DNA of 64,000 nt from an uncultured bacterium. GTDB taxonomy: Bacteria; Verrucomicrobiota; Lentisphaeria; Victivallales; UBA1829. Of the stretch, positions 55,592-63,675 are shown piece by piece; the stretch's first letter is position 1; every line of letters starts with the position of its first letter. Under the pieces are notes generated by a model that did not search any database, was not told the DNA's origin, and saw only the letters and a program-made list of their open reading frames with translations. Where the stretch lies: assembly GCA_902778895.1 (NCBI GenBank), contig CACYZF010000002.1:140574-204573 (forward strand). Direction: 5' to 3'. A program made the translations under genes and the position numbers.

Positions 55592-56184
55592 ACGAAAACA
55601 CCGAACTGAAATTCAAACACAACAAAGGCGACAAAGTGCTTTTTGTCAATCGGGATTTTTGGACCATTGACAGTGTAACCGTGTTCGAGAGAGCGGAAAC
55701 CAAGATGTTTCCCGCATACTATGTCAAGCTGGAAAGCGGGCATATCACTAAACTTCCCGAAGAATGGCTTTTTGCAGACAAAAAAGAAGCCGTCAAAAAG
55801 ATCATCGAGTGTCTTGAAAAAAGGCTCGCAGACGAACGGGAATATTGTGCTTTTTTTCAAGGAAAAATCGACTACTTTCAGTCCGCGAACTTTCAAATGC
55901 GATACATGGGGGAGACGCTGAACATGAAGAAATACCGCAAGAAACCCGTCGTCATTGAAGCTATCCAGTGGAACGGAATCAATCTGGAGGAGCTGAAGTG
56001 GTTTATGAAAGAAAAGTTCAAAGGAACTTCTGTTTCAGAAACAACCTTTGAGCTTCAAATCCCGACGCTCGAAGGAACTATGTCTGCTTCTCTTGGTGAC
56101 TACATCATTCGAGGAGTAAAAGGCGAGTTTTACCCGTGCAAACCCGACATCTTTGAAGCAACCTATGAACCCGTGGAGGACTAA
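55588..56184 (+). CDS. two-domain phage protein: family-1 N-terminal domain plus conserved phage C-terminal domain
   Basis: N-terminal KGDKVLFVN...WLFADKKEAVKK. The C-terminal KKPVVIEAIQWNG...GDYIIRGVKGEFYPCKPDIFEATYE is a pattern seen widely in phage proteins. Confidence 0.55.
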   Translation: MNENTELKFKHNKGDKVLFVNRDFWTIDSVTVFERAETKMFPAYYVKLESGHITKLPEEWLFADKKEAVKKIIECLEKRLADEREYCAFFQGKIDYFQSANFQMRYMGETLNMKKYRKKPVVIEAIQWNGINLEELKWFMKEKFKGTSVSETTFELQIPTLEGTMSASLGDYIIRGVKGEFYPCKPDIFEATYEPVED

Positions 56185-56186
56185 CC

Positions 56187-56267
56187 ATGATCTATCTCAA
56201 CATCATCCTCGGCATCGTCATCGTCCTCATCATCATCGACTGCTTCAAGAACGGAGACTGGAAATGA
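56187..56267 (+). CDS. 26-aa hydrophobic peptide (below the ORF-track cutoff)
   Basis: MIYLNIILGIVIVLIIIDCFKNGDWK. Stop overlaps the next ATG (ATGA). Confidence 0.4.
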   Translation: MIYLNIILGIVIVLIIIDCFKNGDWK

Positions 56268-56620
56268 ACCGGGCCTTTTTCGAGAAATACTGCCCGGAAT
56301 TGCTCGACAAGGGATTTGCGGCGTACATCCGCATCGGCACGGACAGCATTGTAAGAATCCGTTCGTCCCGCACTTTAGACCCTGACATCCCGGAACTCTT
56401 TGCGATCAACGCATACCGGGAAATCTCAAATCTGCTTATCAAGGCGGCAAACGCCTACCTTGATTCGCCGCCGTCCGAAGAAACGCCGTGCCAAGTGATC
56501 CATAGCGCGGCAAGGCTTTACGGAGAGGCTTTTTATGCCATGCGGCAAGCCTGGGATTGCCAAAGATACGGAAACAACAGGACAAAAGTCCCTTTCGCCG
56601 GGAGTCCGTGGAAATTATGA
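56264..56620 (+). CDS. phage hypothetical protein
   Basis: 118 aa from the ATG at 56264. Overlaps both neighbours. Confidence 0.5.
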   Translation: MNRAFFEKYCPELLDKGFAAYIRIGTDSIVRIRSSRTLDPDIPELFAINAYREISNLLIKAANAYLDSPPSEETPCQVIHSAARLYGEAFYAMRQAWDCQRYGNNRTKVPFAGSPWKL

Positions 56621-56802
56621 AACCGACCAAACGCATTAAACGATCCTTGAAACGGATCAGGAAAGAAATCATTATGTCGTACAGGTTTTGGAATCCATAC
56701 GTTCTTGTTGGATACTGCGGAGGATTTCCAATGTATCGCCGCCGCACATGGAAAGAGATACATGGGCGCAAAATCCAGCCGGAAAGTTGGGATTTGGAAT
56801 GA
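56617..56802 (+). CDS. small basic phage protein, paralog family 3
   Basis: MKPTKRIKRSLKRIRKE N-terminus, shared with 56799 and 57327. Confidence 0.45.
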   Translation: MKPTKRIKRSLKRIRKEIIMSYRFWNPYVLVGYCGGFPMYRRRTWKEIHGRKIQPESWDLE

Positions 56803-57008
56803 AACCGAACAAACATTTCAAACGCGCATTGAAGCGGGCCAGGAAATATCATGCCGTTCGCCCGGAAGATCAAGGGAAAACGACCTACGGAGACTACTTT
56901 TATCAGCGCGGCGAGCCTCTTACCCCTCTCGGTAAAATGGCGATCTATTACCCGGACGGAGACCTGAACCCTTTTTTCCGGGCAAGGTTTCACAAGTTCG
57001 ACATCTAA
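56799..57008 (+). CDS. small basic phage protein, paralog family 3
   Basis: MKPNKHFKRALKRARK... plus the YGDYFY motif. Confidence 0.45.
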   Translation: MKPNKHFKRALKRARKYHAVRPEDQGKTTYGDYFYQRGEPLTPLGKMAIYYPDGDLNPFFRARFHKFDI

Positions 57009-57030
57009 CCACCAGAAGAACGGAGAAGAA

Positions 57031-57330
57031 ATGGAACTGAAATACAACTTCGACATGCCGTATTTTTGCGTGAGGCAATGCGACGGCGAGCCGTGCTACT
57101 CGCCGCGCTTCCTCATCGTCGATCAGGTGAAAATCCAGTCTCCGGCGTGTTCCACGAACGGCGGGAAGACCTGGAAGCGAACGGTTCAATCCGTGCTGAC
57201 GGGGGAAGTCTTCAACACGGAAGAGGACCTGATCTTCATGTACGAAGAAGACGCCCGGAACGTCCTGTATGAAATCGGACGATCCATGATCGCGCGGCAG
57301 ACCGAGGCAATGGGAAAGGCGGTCCGATGA
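57031..57330 (+). CDS. small phage protein, probable family 1 member
   Basis: 99 aa, EVFNTEEDLIFMYEEDARNV motif. Confidence 0.45.
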   Translation: MELKYNFDMPYFCVRQCDGEPCYSPRFLIVDQVKIQSPACSTNGGKTWKRTVQSVLTGEVFNTEEDLIFMYEEDARNVLYEIGRSMIARQTEAMGKAVR

Positions 57331-57617
57331 AGACGATCCGACGAAACAAACGCGCCTTGCGGATCATCCTGTCGAAGAAACGCGAAAGAAGACGGGCGTA
57401 CAACGCGGCAGTTCGCGGGAAACCGTTCTACGGAGACTACTTTTACTGTTCAACGGAAAGAGTCCTTCATAGAGTTTTTTCCTGTTGCCCGGAAGCGCGC
57501 CCGCGAATTTCACGCCAGGAGTTCCGCCGCTGGAATTGGGAATGGCTTTCCGGCATTCAGAAAGCCGACAATTTCCAATTCTATCTTCCCCCTCCTTCCC
57601 CAAGCTGCCTACGATGA
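57327..57617 (+). CDS. small basic phage protein, paralog family 3
   Basis: MKTIRRNKRALRIILSKKRE... plus YGDYFY. ATGA overlap. Confidence 0.45.
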   Translation: MKTIRRNKRALRIILSKKRERRRAYNAAVRGKPFYGDYFYCSTERVLHRVFSCCPEARPRISRQEFRRWNWEWLSGIQKADNFQFYLPPPSPSCLR

Positions 57618-58192
57618 AACAATCACACGGAGAACCTACCATGGAAACGAAACTCGAAAAAGTCAAGCAGTATCTCAACGACCTCAAGGAAATCGACGCA
57701 ATCCTGACCGTGCAAAGCATGGGGTACGACACGTTCTACTGGCGGTGCGAAGAGCAACTTTGCATCGAAGACTACGGAGACGGATTCGCCATGCCGATCG
57801 ACGTCATCATGGCCTATCCAGACTGGAAACGCGTGGACACGGCGATCATAGATTTCAACGAATATATCATTTCACATCTCAACCGGATCGGTTATCTGCG
57901 CGTTCTCTCGCGCAAACCGTCCATTCCATGCGTGAACACGAAATGGGGATGGTGGAACGAGATCGCACAAGCCCAATGCGCGGTCGTCGCGAACCTTTTC
58001 GCCGGGTGCGACACATACGACATGCCGGAAACCCTCGAAGGCAACCTCGCCCGCAACAGCCTGTCGTCTTCCCTGCGGGGACGCATCAGCGTCTTGCACA
58101 CGATGATCCTGAAATGGCAGAGCGAGGAAATCCAGGCCATGCAAACCCTTCTTTCCCGGCTCGCCAAGAAAGGGGAAACCAATGCCGTATAA
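57614..58192 (+). CDS. phage hypothetical protein
   Basis: 192 aa from the ATG at 57614 (ATGA overlap). Confidence 0.5.
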   Translation: MKQSHGEPTMETKLEKVKQYLNDLKEIDAILTVQSMGYDTFYWRCEEQLCIEDYGDGFAMPIDVIMAYPDWKRVDTAIIDFNEYIISHLNRIGYLRVLSRKPSIPCVNTKWGWWNEIAQAQCAVVANLFAGCDTYDMPETLEGNLARNSLSSSLRGRISVLHTMILKWQSEEIQAMQTLLSRLAKKGETNAV

Positions 58193-58436
58193 CACGAACT
58201 TTCCGCCCGCCGCGCCCGATCCGCTTTTCGCGATCCTCCGACGGGCGCAGAAAGAGACGCCGGGGACGCGCCTCGCCACCCATGCGGAAGAACCGCCGCT
58301 CGAACTGACGGTCAACATCGAGCCGGAAAAGACCACGAACAAGGACGTGGCAACGGCGTACTACCTCTTCACGGCGTTCAACATCACGGTCGCGCTGTAC
58401 CACATCGTCCATTTCATCCTGAAGGGGAGCATCTGA
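58182..58436 (+). CDS. phage hypothetical protein with C-terminal TM helix
   Basis: 84 aa, VATAYYLFTAFNITVALYHIVHFIL. Confidence 0.45.
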   Translation: MPYNTNFPPAAPDPLFAILRRAQKETPGTRLATHAEEPPLELTVNIEPEKTTNKDVATAYYLFTAFNITVALYHIVHFILKGSI

Positions 58437-58988
58437 ATGAAAATCATGTACCCGAAGCCCCAGGAACCGGATTATATGGCAGAAAACGAAAAGTTTATCC
58501 TCGACGCCTGCTGCGGATCGCGCATGTTCTGGTTCAACAAGGCGCATCCGAACGCGGTCTACATGGATAACCGCGAACTGGACGAAACGCTGTGCGACGG
58601 GCGGAGGATCGTCGTGAAGCCCGACGTGATCGGCGATTTCCGGCACATGCCGTTCGCCGACGGCACATTCCGGCTTGTCGTGTTCGACCCGCCGCATCTC
58701 AAAGGAAAGCCCCTGCCGGCGGCGCGGAGAACCGAGCAAATGAAAAAGCACGGTTGTCTCAACCGGAATACATGGAAGGACGACATCCGCGCGGGCTTTC
58801 AGGAATGCTTCCGCGTCCTGATCCCCTGCGGCGTCCTCGTCTTCAAATGGAACGAATACCAGATTCCGATCCGCCAGGTGATTCCGCTCGCGCCGGAGCG
58901 TCCATTGTTCGGGCAACGCGGCGGGAAAACGCACTGGCTCGTATTCGTGAAACCGCTATTCAACCACAAACCGAAAGGAATCCAATGA
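58437..58988 (+). CDS. SAM-dependent DNA amino-methyltransferase candidate (N6-A or N4-C)
   Basis: SAM-binding ILDACCGSRMFW followed by VVFDPPHL (DPPH/DPPY-type motif IV). 183 aa. Confidence 0.65.
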   Translation: MKIMYPKPQEPDYMAENEKFILDACCGSRMFWFNKAHPNAVYMDNRELDETLCDGRRIVVKPDVIGDFRHMPFADGTFRLVVFDPPHLKGKPLPAARRTEQMKKHGCLNRNTWKDDIRAGFQECFRVLIPCGVLVFKWNEYQIPIRQVIPLAPERPLFGQRGGKTHWLVFVKPLFNHKPKGIQ

Positions 58989-59272
58989 ACATCCACGACA
59001 TCACAAAAGGACAAACGGTAGTCGTGCCGTTTCTTCTGAAAATCCACAACAAAAACATTCTCCCCTTTGAAATCGAGTTCAAGAAACTGCAAGTCTTTGA
59101 AACGGACACCGTGAACGACGAAATCACGCTGATCGAAACCATCGGGGACAGACATGGAATTATGAAAGTCCCGCTCGAAGCGGTTTTCTTCAACAAGGAA
59201 GAAGCTGTCAAAGAAATCCTGCATGAACTCGAAATCTACACCGCCATGCTCAACGAAGTCATCCAGAAATGA
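58985..59272 (+). CDS. small phage protein, paralog family 1
   Basis: 95 aa, TKGQTVVVPF... and AVFFNKEEAVKEI motifs. ATGA overlap. Confidence 0.5.
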   Translation: MNIHDITKGQTVVVPFLLKIHNKNILPFEIEFKKLQVFETDTVNDEITLIETIGDRHGIMKVPLEAVFFNKEEAVKEILHELEIYTAMLNEVIQK

Positions 59273-59523
59273 AGAAACACGGACAAGGCAGATTCGACGT
59301 CACGGCGAAAGCCGTCTGCGGGAACGATCCGCGGCATTGTCTTCCGGCGGCGCAAATGCGCGACCTGAACGACCGCGAAAGCATCACCCGGTATCTCGCC
59401 GAACTTGAAATGCTCCGCGCGATCAACCGGGAGCGCAAGCGGATACGTCTCGCCATCATCATCACGGCGGCCGCGCTGATTTCCGGCGCGTACCTGGCCG
59501 GTTACATCATCTCAAAACTGTAA
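59269..59523 (+). CDS. phage hypothetical protein with C-terminal TM helix
   Basis: 84 aa, LAIIITAAALISGAYLAGYII. Confidence 0.45.
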   Translation: MKKHGQGRFDVTAKAVCGNDPRHCLPAAQMRDLNDRESITRYLAELEMLRAINRERKRIRLAIIITAAALISGAYLAGYIISKL

Positions 59524-59532
59524 GGAGAAACC

Positions 59533-60342
59533 ATGAAATTCATCGAACCGTCCGTCACCATCGTCAAGGGGATTCCCCCGCTCCAAAAGATCGCGCTGAT
59601 CGCGCGGGTATGCACCGGAACCCAGTACAAAGCGGAAACCACGCCGGAAGATGCCCTGACATTCTGCAAGAAACTGATCGGAATGGGGCACACCTCGCCG
59701 TTTGAACACGCGCGGGTGATCGAGCCTTACAGCACATTGACCCTGACGCACCATTTCAAAGACGGAAAGCCGCCGTATGGAGTGGCCGACCGTATCGCAA
59801 GCATCGACGGTGAACACTACGCGCTGAACGTGCGGGACTACCTCGCGCAAGGCGGGACGCTCGAAGAGGTCGCCGGATTCGAGGAAGCGAACGACTACCT
59901 GACCGTCTGCTTCAAAATCGACATCGGGATCGCCCGCGAACTGATCCGTCACCGGAGCATGAGCTTCATGGAACGCTCGACGCGGTGGTGCAGTTGGAGC
60001 AAGACGAACGGCGGCATCGAATTTATCACGCCGGAATGCTGCAAGGAAGACGGCGCGTTCGACTGGCTTTGCTCCGACTTCTTCAAACTCGCGGAGAACC
60101 GATATTTCTTCGCGATCAACCACGGCGTACCGCGCGAAATGGCGCGTTCGATTCTGCCGCTCGCCACGGCAACGAAACTGTACGTCACCGGGACACACGA
60201 ACACTGGGCGCGTCTTCTGAATCTCCGTCTCGGCAAGCGGGCGCATCCGGCCATGCGGCGGGTAATGAAAATGCTGTGCGAACTGCCGGACTTCCCGAAT
60301 GAAATCCGTGGAAATCTGACCGCAGAGGAATTGAACGCATGA
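59533..60342 (+). CDS. thyX: FAD-dependent thymidylate synthase ThyX
   Basis: ThyX signature RHRSMSFMERSTRW (RHR..S....S.R). AAGGAG RBS. Confidence 0.9.
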   Translation: MKFIEPSVTIVKGIPPLQKIALIARVCTGTQYKAETTPEDALTFCKKLIGMGHTSPFEHARVIEPYSTLTLTHHFKDGKPPYGVADRIASIDGEHYALNVRDYLAQGGTLEEVAGFEEANDYLTVCFKIDIGIARELIRHRSMSFMERSTRWCSWSKTNGGIEFITPECCKEDGAFDWLCSDFFKLAENRYFFAINHGVPREMARSILPLATATKLYVTGTHEHWARLLNLRLGKRAHPAMRRVMKMLCELPDFPNEIRGNLTAEELNA

Positions 60343-60710
60343 GCGACGCGCCTTTCTTCACGTGCAAGCCGGAACCGGAAAGAGAAAGCCCGGAAATCAC
60401 GCACGACGCGGCGGGGAAGAACGGCATCCTCGCCGAGGACCTGGCCCTGTGCGTCCATTCCGCGCGGGTCGCGGCGGCGGACGCGCTGTTCGACTGTCTG
60501 CAAGAAGCGGTCAGGAAGACGTGCGAATACTGCCTGGAAGGAAACCTTCTGGATTCCAGCCACGCCGGGGAGTTCTGCCCTTTCAGCAGAAAAGAGCCGT
60601 GTTTCGTCCAAAAATGGAAAGACACGCTGAAACTCGCGGGGCAAGAGCAACTGCCGATCATCGTGAAACTGAAACGCCTGGAAAAAGGAAAGAGAAATGC
60701 ACAGCAATAA
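60339..60710 (+). CDS. phage hypothetical Cys-containing protein
   Basis: 123 aa, ATGA overlap with thyX. Confidence 0.5.
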   Translation: MSDAPFFTCKPEPERESPEITHDAAGKNGILAEDLALCVHSARVAAADALFDCLQEAVRKTCEYCLEGNLLDSSHAGEFCPFSRKEPCFVQKWKDTLKLAGQEQLPIIVKLKRLEKGKRNAQQ

Positions 60711-60924
60711 GGAGACGCCGCCGGAGTTTGAAGACATCGTTGCGCTCGTCAAGTTCGAGGACATCGGGCCGGTCGCCCTGATCGGCTATCTGGCGAAGCA
60801 CGAAACGCACGGCGTTGTCTTTGTCCCGAAACTCATACGCGGGGCAGTCTGCCTCTGGGAACAGGTCATCAAGTGGGACTACATGAAAGACGTTCTGCCC
60901 GGCTACACCCTTTTCTCGAATTAA
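60697..60924 (+). CDS. phage hypothetical protein
   Basis: 75 aa, overlapping start. Confidence 0.45.
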   Translation: MHSNKETPPEFEDIVALVKFEDIGPVALIGYLAKHETHGVVFVPKLIRGAVCLWEQVIKWDYMKDVLPGYTLFSN

Positions 60925-60939
60925 ACCACAGGAAACACC

Positions 60940-61407
60940 ATGAAAAATATCTTCAACATCTTTTCGATCTTCAAGAAGAAACCGATCATCATCAAGTACC
61001 GGAAACTTTTCCCGGACGCGAAAGCCCCGAAGCAGGGACATTACGGCGACGCCGGATTCGACCTTTCCGTTTACTCCGTCGAGCCGATCAAGGGGGAAAA
61101 AGCGGTCATCATCCATTCCGGCATCTGCGTGGAAATCCCCTACGGCTACCAAGGAGAATTGAGGGCGCGTTCGAGCGTCCACAAGACGGGCACGATCCTT
61201 TCCAACGGGGTCGGAACGATCGACGCCGGGTACAGGGGAGAGGTCAAAGGCGTGTTCTACCTGAACGGCAACGAGAAACCTTTTGAGATCGGCGAACGCT
61301 TCGCGCAACTTGTCATCATGCCCGCTCCGGCGGTGCGGTACGTCGAGGTCAAGGAATTGAGCAAAAGCGAACGGGGAGAAAACGGATATGGCAGCACCGG
61401 AAAATAA
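60940..61407 (+). CDS. dut: dUTP diphosphatase
   Basis: dUTPase motifs YGDAGFDL, RSS, GTIDAGYRGEV and the C-terminal RGENGYGSTG. Confidence 0.9.
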   Translation: MKNIFNIFSIFKKKPIIIKYRKLFPDAKAPKQGHYGDAGFDLSVYSVEPIKGEKAVIIHSGICVEIPYGYQGELRARSSVHKTGTILSNGVGTIDAGYRGEVKGVFYLNGNEKPFEIGERFAQLVIMPAPAVRYVEVKELSKSERGENGYGSTGK

Positions 61408-61666
61408 AGAGATCGCCGAACTGAAACTCCAGGTGGCGCACCGCGACAAGTGGCTGCAACGCGCCCGGAACGACTACGCGGAACTGAAAGCGGCGTTCGA
61501 CAGTCTTCGGGAAGAACACGACCGCCTGAAAAAGGAGCGGGACGAACTCCTGGGGGACAACACGAAGCTGAAAGCGCAAATCGACGAGTACGCAAGCGCA
61601 CTTGAAGCAGCGCGCTTTTCCGAGCGCGCGGGGAACAATCCAACCGGAATCATCATCAGACCGTAG
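61388..61666 (+). CDS. phage coiled-coil protein
   Basis: 92 aa, heptad-rich (LKLQVAHRDKWLQRARNDYAELKAAFDSLREEHDRLKKERDELL). Confidence 0.5.
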   Translation: MAAPENKEIAELKLQVAHRDKWLQRARNDYAELKAAFDSLREEHDRLKKERDELLGDNTKLKAQIDEYASALEAARFSERAGNNPTGIIIRP

Positions 61667-61676
61667 GAGAGCCGCC

Positions 61677-62036
61677 GTGTTTCTGAACAAAGTCATTATG
61701 ATCGGGAACCTGACGCGCGATCCAGAAATCCGGCAGACCGGACGCGGAAGCCTCGTCTGCTGTTTTTCCCTCGCCACGAACCGAAGCTACACGCGGCAGA
61801 ACGGCGAGCGCGAAGACGAGGCCTGCTACATCGACGTAACCGTGTGGGGGAAGTCCGGCGAGGCTTGCGGGAAGTACCTCAAAAAAGGCCGGAGCGTGTA
61901 TGTCGAGGGTCGGCTTGTGTACCGGACGTGGCGAGACGACCAGGGGAAACAGCGCAGCCGCCATGAACTGTGCGCGGAACACGTTCAATTCCTGTCAAGC
62001 GGAAAGGGGGACGAACATGAAGAAGCGTCCCGATGA
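61677..62036 (+). CDS. ssb: single-stranded DNA-binding protein
   Basis: OB-fold pattern NKVIMIGNLTRDPEIR...NR.Y.......E...YIDV.VWGK.GE.C.KYLKKGR.V.VEGRL. GTG start with AGGAGA RBS. No long Gly-rich linker or classic acidic DDD(I/L)PF tail. Confidence 0.8.
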   Translation: MFLNKVIMIGNLTRDPEIRQTGRGSLVCCFSLATNRSYTRQNGEREDEACYIDVTVWGKSGEACGKYLKKGRSVYVEGRLVYRTWRDDQGKQRSRHELCAEHVQFLSSGKGDEHEEASR

Positions 62037-62931
62037 CGAAGTGCCGGAAAGCGAAATGGAAAAGTGTTTCGGCACGAAGCGGAAATGCGACCGGAACTGT
62101 CCGCTGAAAGCGTTCTGCCTGTCGGAAGCGAAGGAACGCACGGAAGACCGCCGCCGGAAGAAATTCCGCGAAACGGAATACATCGACGAGGTGAACACCG
62201 AAGCGGAGACGGCGCACGTGAAGCGGGACTACGTGCGGGAACCGGAACAGTACGACATGGACGAACGCGAGGCGGTCCGCGCGATCGACGCTCTGGACGT
62301 TCCGGCGCGCGTCCGGCGCGAACTGAAAGAGGCATTGCGCCGCCGGGGCGAGATCGAGGAAGAGCGCGAGGGAATGTGCGAGATGCTGAACCGCCTGGGG
62401 GAGATGTACGTTTTCGACCAGACGGGATTCGAGGTGCTTCTGTTCCAGACGCTGAACGGGCTGAACGCGGCGCAGCTGTCGAAGATCAGGGGATGCACGA
62501 AACAGAACATCAGCAAGAAGATCATGCGCGGGCGGAAACGCCTGACGGCGTACCGGAAAGAGTTCTCCGGGGGAAAGATGAACGGGCGCGAACTCGGCGT
62601 GTATTTCTACGTGTACGTCCGCAAGATGAGTTTCAGGAAAGCCGCCGAACACCTCGGATGCAGCTGGATCACGGTTCTGCGGACGGCGAGAAAGTTGCAA
62701 GACGGCAATTTCGCGTGTATCAAAAAAACACACGTATCGCGCGTATGCCATGTTTTCCGCAAGAAAACGGAAGGAAAGCCTTTGACGGACGGCGAGGAAA
62801 CTATCTATCAAGACGTTATGAACGAAGAAAAAAGCATCCGCGAAGTGTCGAAAAAATACAGATGTTCGGCATCCACGGTGTTTTCCCTGCGGAAACGATT
62901 TCGGAATGTATCAAAAAACGACGCTCATTAA
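62017..62931 (+). CDS. multi-HTH transcription regulator with a sigma70 region-4-like segment (late-gene regulator candidate)
   Basis: VLLFQTLNGLNAAQLSKIRGCTKQNISKKIMRGRKRL resembles sigma region 4. Two further HTH-like segments (FRKAAEHLGCSWITVLRTARKL; IREVSKKYRCSASTVFSLRKRF). Confidence 0.55.
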   Translation: MKKRPDDEVPESEMEKCFGTKRKCDRNCPLKAFCLSEAKERTEDRRRKKFRETEYIDEVNTEAETAHVKRDYVREPEQYDMDEREAVRAIDALDVPARVRRELKEALRRRGEIEEEREGMCEMLNRLGEMYVFDQTGFEVLLFQTLNGLNAAQLSKIRGCTKQNISKKIMRGRKRLTAYRKEFSGGKMNGRELGVYFYVYVRKMSFRKAAEHLGCSWITVLRTARKLQDGNFACIKKTHVSRVCHVFRKKTEGKPLTDGEETIYQDVMNEEKSIREVSKKYRCSASTVFSLRKRFRNVSKNDAH

Positions 62932-62958
62932 GCTGCGAAAGCGCGGAGAAGCCGGAAA

Positions 62959-63041
62959 CGCGATATGTATACGAAACGGCGGTTTTCCATACATATCGCG
63001 CCGGATATGTTAAAAAAACGCGAAAAAACATACATATCGCC
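62959..63041. promoter_or_regulatory. two tandem palindromic operator-like sites
   Basis: Perfect 12-bp inverted repeat CGCGATATGTAT (62959-62970) / ATACATATCGCG (62989-63000). A second, imperfect pair is at 63001-63012 / 63030-63041. Confidence 0.65.
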
Positions 63042-63125
63042 ACGGTTGACGCATGATGCTTATATGAAGCGAGGCGCACGGCGCGTCTCCACCAAACACA
63101 AACCAAATCACAAAGGAGCGTAATC

Positions 63126-63284
63126 ATGGCAACGAGGCCCAGGATCAACGTTACCTACCAGCCGGACGAAGGTCGGTATGTCGCCACAATGAAGCGCGGC
63201 AGAAAGACGATCCGCAACTGGGGCGTAACGCGAAGGCAAGCCGTTTCCCGTGTCCGCCGCGGCGCAGGCATGTCCGGGGGTTGA
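63126..63284 (+). CDS. small arginine-rich protein (52 aa), copy 1 of a tandem pair
   Basis: AAGGAG RBS. MATRPRINVTYQPDEGRYVATMKRGRKTIRNWGVTRRQAVSRVRRGAGMSGG is a paralog of the 63394 ORF. Below the ORF-track cutoff. Confidence 0.55.
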   Translation: MATRPRINVTYQPDEGRYVATMKRGRKTIRNWGVTRRQAVSRVRRGAGMSGG

Positions 63285-63326
63285 GACACGGAGTGTCCCC
63301 TGTAGTGTCCGGCTACGCCCGGACAC
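63285..63326 (+). repeat. two hairpins after small ORF copy 1 (the second is conserved element copy C)
   Basis: GACACggaGTGTC (63285-63297), then GTGTCCGG-ctacgc-CCGGACAC (63305-63326), preceded by TGTAGTG as in the host copies. Confidence 0.6.
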
Positions 63327-63393
63327 GAGGAACGCCGAAGAAACGGAACTCGAATAACGGTCGAACCACAAACCACCAAACCAGGAGCCTACT

Positions 63394-63576
63394 ATGGCAA
63401 CGAGACCGAGAATCAGCTACCAGTACAATGCGGGGATGCCGAGAGACCCGCGCGGCAGTTTCTACACCGCCACCATGCGGCGCGGACGCGGCAGAAAGGC
63501 GATCACCGCCACCGGGAGAACCAAGCGAGCGGCAGAAGCGCGTGTCCGCCGCGGCGCGGGGCTTTCCGGCGGCTGA
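63394..63576 (+). CDS. small arginine-rich protein (60 aa), copy 2 of the tandem pair
   Basis: MATRPRISYQY...FYTATMRRGRGRKAITATGRTKRAAEARVRRGAGLSGG shares both termini with copy 1. Confidence 0.55.
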   Translation: MATRPRISYQYNAGMPRDPRGSFYTATMRRGRGRKAITATGRTKRAAEARVRRGAGLSGG

Positions 63577-63616
63577 CACCCGGAGGGTGCCGAACAGTGC
63601 TTGCTTCGCAACGCAC
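63577..63616 (+). repeat. two hairpins after small ORF copy 2 (compensatory variants of 63285-63326)
   Basis: CACCCggaGGGTG (63577-63589) and GTGCTTGC-ttc-GCAAcGCAC (63597-63616). Confidence 0.55.
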
Positions 63617-63645
63617 GAAGAGACACCATGAAACCGTCCGATCCG

Positions 63646-63675
63646 ACCGCCCGTTTTCCGTCACGGGCGGTTTTT
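63646..63675 (+). terminator. rho-independent terminator
   Basis: ACCGCCCG-loop-CGGGCGGT followed by T5. Confidence 0.75.
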
